A stretch of DNA of 64,000 nt from Priapulus caudatus (taxonomy: Eukaryota). This document shows positions 62,201 through 64,000 of the stretch, piece by piece. Location: NCBI RefSeq assembly GCF_000485595.1, contig NW_014577089.1, positions 287,485 to 351,484 on the forward strand, given 5' to 3'. How positions within the stretch are numbered: position 1 is the first letter of the stretch; every line of letters starts with the position of its first letter. Both the position numbers and the translations under genes were made by a program. The notes beneath the pieces were generated by a model, which made no database searches, was not told the DNA's origin, and saw nothing but the letters and a program-made list of their open reading frames with translations.

Positions 62201-63788
62201 ATCAGGTCATGTTGGTTATGTGACATTCCCACTTGAATCTGTCCAGCAATTTTGGATGTTTTCCCTTATTTTTACCATGTATACATATTCTCAAATTACT
62301 TTTCCATCTGAGCTAGAAGACCATGCCTCTTGAATATTGCTGCAAGGTCGGTTAAGTTATTCATTGTGTATATTTTTCATGTGTACATGCCAAATTGTCG
62401 ATTTTATGATACTTCGGTGCTAAGCATTGTGTTTAGAACGGCCTCTCAACAATGATTGGGTAGAGCTCAGTTTAGAGTTCAGGCAGATAGATCATTTAAG
62501 CTCATCTGAATATGTGTTTTTCTATTTTCTTACTTTAGAGCCAAACAAAGACGATAAAGAACTTGTTAGGCACGATGGAAGCCACACTGGAGGATATGAA
62601 GAGCATCAGCAGAGCAGGGGCCGGCCTGTTGAAATTTGTTGAAGCTGTCATGGGCTATTGTGCTGTCAACAAGGAGATTAAACCCAAGAGAGAGAAGGTT
62701 GGTTATGCATTGTCAGGTCATAGACATAAAAAGTCATATAATATGATATTATATATTAAGTCATGATGTTAATATGATATCATATATTAAGTATTATTCT
62801 ATGTTAATTTTGTCTTCGTGAAACACTAGGTTGCAAGGCTGGAGAAGGAGTTTCATCAGAGTAAACGTGAGCTGGACAGGATCAACAAGGAGGTGGCCGC
62901 GCTAGAATCAGATCTGGGCCTGCTCGGGCAGAAGTACGAGGAGGCGATGATGGAGCGCCAGAACCTGGAGGAGGAGACGGCGCTCATGATGCGGCGTCTC
63001 GTCGCTGCCGACAAGCTCATCGGCGGGCTGAGCTCAGAGAATGAAAGGTAGAGCGTGCGACAGTGATGTGAGTGCTGGCCAGCAGCTATAGGCTCATGTG
63101 CATGCGAAGCTTAGATAATCAAATGTGTCGAATCAGTATGTTGTGAGTGTGAAGCAACAGACAAGCTTATCAGTTGCCCAGGCTTGAGAAGAAAATGAGA
63201 GCAACAGTGGTGTGAGTGCACAGCAAAATATAGTCTTATGTGCCTGTGAAGCGCACAGAATCAGTGTGGCAATAGTGTGCAGGCTAGGCGGCAGAGAAAA
63301 AGTAAGGTGGAGGCTACAGACCAGCTTATTAGTGTGATAAACGTACCTATAGTTATATGGTCGGGCGTCGCATGTTTTCTGTGAGACTAATGTAAAGTGT
63401 AGGAACAGTGTTGCTCCTACATGGTGTTGGTTGGTAAAGCGTTCAGATGCAATGTACATGCGTCCATTCTCTCCGCATTCGCTCCGTATTCCGCCATAGT
63501 CGCTGCATGAACTTCTGCCGTTCGTGATCGAGTTTCATTTGTTTTCGATGTGTCTACTTCGTCTAGGTGGGCTGATGACCTTGAGGAGCTGAAGCAGCAG
63601 AGGATCCGCCTGCTAGGTGACTGCTTGCTGGCTGCTGCCTTCCTTAGTTACCTTGGAGCTTTCAACTGGGACTTCCGTAACCAGTTGCTGTTCGATGAGT
63701 GGAAGATGGATGTAGTGAGCAGGGACATCCCGCTGAGTGAACCATACAAGCTAGAAGCTCTTGTCACTGACGATGTTGAGATCAGCAG
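22152..63788 (+). CDS. DNAH10: Dynein axonemal heavy chain 10 (inner arm I1/f alpha type); 66 coding exons in window, 3' end beyond the right edge
   Basis: All exons join in one open frame (10,820 nt by my count). N-terminus [11 protein letters not shown]...[27 protein letters not shown], and P-loops GPAGTGKT (AAA1), GPTGGGKS (AAA2), GETGTSKT (AAA3), GVGGSGKQ (AAA4) match DNAH10 as I recall it. Confidence 0.95.
23402..23851. mobile_element. hAT-like MITE in DNAH10 intron 1
   Basis: Ends cagggttctccc / gggagaaccctg; TSD only partial (gatag). Confidence 0.65.
24602..24778 (+). CDS. DNAH10: DNAH10 exon 2 (acidic, symmetric phase 1-1)
   Basis: [18 protein letters not shown]...; AG/GT ends, in frame, no homology support. 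Confidence 0.65.
24911..25089. repeat. Tandem duplication, ~92-bp unit x2
   Basis: tacacagttattgtaacttcaag...ctacatgtg at 24911 and 25003. Confidence 0.9.
25750..25907 (+). CDS. DNAH10: DNAH10 exon 3
   Basis: [13 protein letters not shown]...VQPAQKM; phase 1-0, needed to keep frame. Confidence 0.7.
26291..26388 (+). CDS. DNAH10: DNAH10 exon 4
   Basis: [32 protein letters not shown]; phase 0-2. Confidence 0.8.
27114..27240 (+). CDS. DNAH10: DNAH10 exon 5 (alternative in-frame start at 27087 possible)
   Basis: [28 protein letters not shown]...VLTQ. Confidence 0.75.
27790..28015 (+). CDS. DNAH10: DNAH10 exon 6
   Basis: VYAPLISF...[24 protein letters not shown]. Confidence 0.88.
28471..28596 (+). 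CDS. DNAH10: DNAH10 exon 7
   Basis: EVHLYVPDL...[10 protein letters not shown]. Confidence 0.88.
28612..28658. repeat. (TA)n microsatellite
   Basis: Direct reading. Confidence 0.9.
28866..29026 (+). CDS. DNAH10: DNAH10 exon 8
   Basis: [28 protein letters not shown]. Confidence 0.9.
29350..29478 (+). CDS. DNAH10: DNAH10 exon 9
   Basis: [19 protein letters not shown]. Confidence 0.9.
29855..30018 (+). CDS. DNAH10: DNAH10 exon 10
   Basis: [23 protein letters not shown]. Confidence 0.9.
30251..30449 (+). CDS. DNAH10: DNAH10 exon 11
   Basis: [27 protein letters not shown]. Confidence 0.9.
30601..30717 (+). CDS. DNAH10: DNAH10 exon 12
   Basis: [20 protein letters not shown]. Confidence 0.9.
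30880..31128 (+). CDS. DNAH10: DNAH10 exon 13
   Basis: [28 protein letters not shown]. Confidence 0.9.
31280..31456 (+). CDS. DNAH10: DNAH10 exon 14
   Basis: [19 protein letters not shown]. Confidence 0.9.
31466..31748 (+). mobile_element. 9-bp-TSD MITE with (CCCTAA)n-like array, copy 2
   Basis: Same TIRs as 10052-10258; TSD GTAAGTATA at 31457-31465 and 31749-31757. Confidence 0.9.
32013..32229 (+). CDS. DNAH10: DNAH10 exon 15
   Basis: [23 protein letters not shown]. Confidence 0.88.
32326..33267 (+). mobile_element. Helentron-type non-autonomous element (HINE/DINE-1/pearl-like) with ~146-bp internal tandem repeats, copy B
   Basis: 5' subTIR tgtatccccc with a local inverted copy, GCC microsatellite, 5 full units (starts ~32418, 32564, 32711, 32857, 33003) plus a partial unit, 3' subTIR gggggataca, hairpin agttg-gcga-caact, CTAGT end, T-rich flanks, no TSD. 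Confidence 0.85.
33326..33456 (+). CDS. DNAH10: DNAH10 exon 16
   Basis: [18 protein letters not shown]. Confidence 0.9.
33742..33942 (+). CDS. DNAH10: DNAH10 exon 17
   Basis: [16 protein letters not shown]. Confidence 0.9.
34137..34277 (+). CDS. DNAH10: DNAH10 exon 18
   Basis: [19 protein letters not shown]. Confidence 0.9.
34384..34572 (+). CDS. DNAH10: DNAH10 exon 19
   Basis: [25 protein letters not shown]. Confidence 0.9.
35232..36189 (+). mobile_element. Helentron-type non-autonomous element, copy C
   Basis: Same termini as copy B; array includes two ~100-bp deletion-variant units. Confidence 0.85.
36350..36756. mobile_element. PIF/Harbinger-type MITE
   Basis: TIRs ggggtcgttcacaattatcaaca / tgttgataattgtgaacgatccc; TTA TSD on both sides. 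Confidence 0.85.
36781..36941 (+). CDS. DNAH10: DNAH10 exon 20 (followed by GC donor)
   Basis: LVINNLKQF...[18 protein letters not shown]; donor GG|GCAAGT. Confidence 0.85.
37098..37246 (+). CDS. DNAH10: DNAH10 exon 21
   Basis: [18 protein letters not shown]. Confidence 0.9.
37874..38046 (+). CDS. DNAH10: DNAH10 exon 22
   Basis: [12 protein letters not shown]...YDDKLQYY. Confidence 0.9.
38360..38524 (+). CDS. DNAH10: DNAH10 exon 23
   Basis: VRLHLAPL...QWVQSLG. Confidence 0.88.
38793..38951 (+). CDS. DNAH10: DNAH10 exon 24
   Basis: [16 protein letters not shown]...IQERYRTL. Confidence 0.9.
39263..39379 (+). CDS. DNAH10: DNAH10 exon 25
   Basis: [19 protein letters not shown]...VKKKFTN. Confidence 0.88.
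40001..40103 (+). CDS. DNAH10: DNAH10 exon 26
   Basis: [15 protein letters not shown]. Confidence 0.9.
40220..40422. repeat. Tandem duplication, ~101-bp unit x2
   Basis: gatttgttgaaa...cattatacata at 40220 and 40321. Confidence 0.9.
40603..40781 (+). CDS. DNAH10: DNAH10 exon 27
   Basis: [21 protein letters not shown]. Confidence 0.9.
41356..41567 (+). CDS. DNAH10: DNAH10 exon 28
   Basis: [19 protein letters not shown]...DLKHEALRE. Confidence 0.9.
41704..41860 (+). CDS. DNAH10: DNAH10 exon 29
   Basis: [10 protein letters not shown]...[12 protein letters not shown]. Confidence 0.9.
42157..42390 (+). CDS. DNAH10: DNAH10 exon 30
   Basis: [21 protein letters not shown]. Confidence 0.9.
42656..42778 (+). 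CDS. DNAH10: DNAH10 exon 31
   Basis: [29 protein letters not shown]. Confidence 0.92.
43077..43310 (+). CDS. DNAH10: DNAH10 exon 32 (followed by GC donor)
   Basis: [32 protein letters not shown]...VQEHMIK; donor AAG|GCAAGG. Confidence 0.9.
43423..43519. repeat. 97-bp hairpin (44-bp arms, 9-nt loop)
   Basis: aagaaactcccaagcgtcatttcacc...ccacac / gtgtgg...ggtgaaatgacgcttgggagtttctt, 3 mismatches. Confidence 0.85.
43581..43742. mobile_element. hAT-type MITE (similar start to 11633-11821)
   Basis: Ends cagggtaaaaaata / atgtttcccctg; perfect 8-bp TSD CTTAGTAG. Confidence 0.85.
43790..44013 (+). CDS. DNAH10: DNAH10 exon 33
   Basis: [10 protein letters not shown]...EGRVEDWM. Confidence 0.9.
44143..44311 (+). 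CDS. DNAH10: DNAH10 exon 34
   Basis: [21 protein letters not shown]. Confidence 0.9.
44741..44841 (+). CDS. DNAH10: DNAH10 exon 35
   Basis: [20 protein letters not shown]. Confidence 0.92.
45095..45202 (+). CDS. DNAH10: DNAH10 exon 36
   Basis: [12 protein letters not shown]. Confidence 0.92.
45308..45422. repeat. (CA)n microsatellite
   Basis: Direct reading. Confidence 0.95.
45680..45890 (+). CDS. DNAH10: DNAH10 exon 37 (AAA1 Walker A)
   Basis: [18 protein letters not shown]...[19 protein letters not shown]. Confidence 0.95.
45924..46202. mobile_element. hAT-like MITE
   Basis: Ends cagggttccgtcca / tgggcagaaccctg; tatagt on both flanks. Confidence 0.7.
46660..46812 (+). CDS. DNAH10: DNAH10 exon 38 (AAA1 Walker B)
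   Basis: [17 protein letters not shown]. Confidence 0.95.
47269..47457 (+). CDS. DNAH10: DNAH10 exon 39
   Basis: [25 protein letters not shown]. Confidence 0.95.
47753..47899 (+). CDS. DNAH10: DNAH10 exon 40
   Basis: [23 protein letters not shown]. Confidence 0.95.
48477..48668 (+). CDS. DNAH10: DNAH10 exon 41
   Basis: [29 protein letters not shown]. Confidence 0.95.
48839..48957 (+). CDS. DNAH10: DNAH10 exon 42 (AAA2 P-loop)
   Basis: [21 protein letters not shown]. Confidence 0.95.
49332..49490 (+). CDS. DNAH10: DNAH10 exon 43
   Basis: [28 protein letters not shown]. Confidence 0.95.
49870..50005 (+). CDS. DNAH10: DNAH10 exon 44
   Basis: [31 protein letters not shown]. Confidence 0.95.
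50343..50455 (+). CDS. DNAH10: DNAH10 exon 45
   Basis: [17 protein letters not shown]. Confidence 0.95.
50896..51040 (+). CDS. DNAH10: DNAH10 exon 46 (followed by GC donor)
   Basis: LFEKYVP...[22 protein letters not shown]; donor ATG|GCAAGT. Confidence 0.88.
51265..51370. promoter_or_regulatory. Cluster of RFX X-box-like motifs in DNAH10 intron 46
   Basis: CCATGGCAAC 51265-51274, GTTGCTAT 51290-51297, GTTGCATGGCAAC 51358-51370. Confidence 0.4.
52391..52598 (+). CDS. DNAH10: DNAH10 exon 47
   Basis: [12 protein letters not shown]...LYWSLGAGL. Confidence 0.9.
52866..52975 (+). CDS. DNAH10: DNAH10 exon 48
   Basis: [18 protein letters not shown]. Confidence 0.9.
53462..53629 (+). CDS. DNAH10: DNAH10 exon 49 (AAA3 P-loop)
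   Basis: [15 protein letters not shown]...[11 protein letters not shown]. Confidence 0.93.
53731..54170. repeat. Minisatellite, ~17-21-bp unit agcatattgtacatgacag, decaying rightwards
   Basis: About 9 clear units in 53731-53910, degenerate copies to ~54170. Confidence 0.85.
54302..54454 (+). CDS. DNAH10: DNAH10 exon 50
   Basis: [12 protein letters not shown]...[19 protein letters not shown]. Confidence 0.93.
54692..54826 (+). CDS. DNAH10: DNAH10 exon 51
   Basis: [27 protein letters not shown]. Confidence 0.93.
55122..55267 (+). CDS. DNAH10: DNAH10 exon 52
   Basis: [16 protein letters not shown]. Confidence 0.93.
55562..55714 (+). CDS. DNAH10: DNAH10 exon 53
   Basis: [20 protein letters not shown]. 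Confidence 0.93.
55946..56045 (+). CDS. DNAH10: DNAH10 exon 54
   Basis: [17 protein letters not shown]. Confidence 0.92.
56224..56320. repeat. (TCTG)n microsatellite
   Basis: Direct reading. Confidence 0.95.
56530..56694 (+). CDS. DNAH10: DNAH10 exon 55
   Basis: RDPLLFGDY...[11 protein letters not shown]. Confidence 0.92.
56983..57168 (+). CDS. DNAH10: DNAH10 exon 56 (AAA4 P-loop)
   Basis: [18 protein letters not shown]...[13 protein letters not shown]. Confidence 0.95.
57192..57369. mobile_element. Tc1/mariner-like MITE
   Basis: TA-ccgtatatgatcgcgtaataactgc ... gcggttattacgcgatcatatagg. Confidence 0.65.
57622..57757 (+). CDS. DNAH10: DNAH10 exon 57
   Basis: [20 protein letters not shown]...FLFTDAHV. 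Confidence 0.93.
58377..58465 (+). CDS. DNAH10: DNAH10 exon 58
   Basis: [18 protein letters not shown]. Confidence 0.93.
58667..59312. mobile_element. Fold-back non-autonomous DNA transposon with ~135-bp TIRs
   Basis: 58669-~58801 is an imperfect reverse complement of ~59160-59293; AT-rich flanks. Confidence 0.8.
59630..59866 (+). CDS. DNAH10: DNAH10 exon 59
   Basis: [26 protein letters not shown]...IDWF. Confidence 0.93.
60595..60792 (+). CDS. DNAH10: DNAH10 exon 60
   Basis: [16 protein letters not shown]. Confidence 0.92.
61037..61270 (+). CDS. DNAH10: DNAH10 exon 61 (stalk coiled coil)
   Basis: [25 protein letters not shown]. Confidence 0.92.
61662..61759 (+). CDS. DNAH10: DNAH10 exon 62 (followed by GC donor)
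   Basis: [30 protein letters not shown]; donor AG|GCATGT. Confidence 0.9.
61933..62092 (+). CDS. DNAH10: DNAH10 exon 63 (microtubule-binding domain)
   Basis: [17 protein letters not shown]...SWKSAKAMM. Confidence 0.92.
62539..62697 (+). CDS. DNAH10: DNAH10 exon 64
   Basis: [32 protein letters not shown]. Confidence 0.92.
62830..63047 (+). CDS. DNAH10: DNAH10 exon 65
   Basis: [18 protein letters not shown]. Confidence 0.92.
63567..63788 (+). CDS. DNAH10: DNAH10 exon 66
   Basis: WADDLEEL...[18 protein letters not shown]. Confidence 0.92.
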
Positions 63789-64000
63789 GTATTCGTGGAG
63801 TGACAGCTGAGGTCCAGGGGCCCAAACAAAATTAGTCTTAACATTAATAATTAATTTCTCTTAGACCATTGACATCACTTTGTTTCTTATTGTTATGAGG
63901 AAATCTGCTACGAGTTTTCATTCTCGTAACTTCGCAGCATTTCTGTTAACGGTCTAAGAGAAAAAGTTAATGTTAAGACTAATGTTAAGACCAATTTTGT

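Overview
Eukaryotic (invertebrate metazoan, AT-rich, intron-dense) genomic window with one assembly gap (N 1881-2619). It holds two divergently transcribed spliced genes. (1) A ZDHHC1/ZDHHC11-type DHHC palmitoyltransferase on the minus strand: six coding exons between 13583 and 693, continuing off the left edge; its first coding intron is a minor-spliceosome (U12-type GT-AG) intron. (2) Axonemal inner-arm dynein heavy chain DNAH10 on the plus strand: ATG at 22152 and 66 coding exons traced in frame to 63788 (about 10.8 kb CDS, about 3,600 aa through AAA1-AAA4 and the stalk), continuing off the right edge, with four GC-AG introns. Introns and the ~8.5 kb between the start codons are packed with mobile DNA. 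This includes a ~2.4 kb fold-back Penelope-like element with two minimal hammerhead ribozymes and an unexplained Zn-ribbon-like segment, a second inverted Penelope-like fragment nested in a Helentron-type non-autonomous element with ~146-bp internal repeats (3 copies in the window), a Dong/R4-type retrotransposon fragment in (TAA)n, and many MITEs. One MITE duplicated a DNAH10 splice donor in its 9-bp TSD. All calls come from manual reading and translation; family names are recognised from memory and no searches were run.
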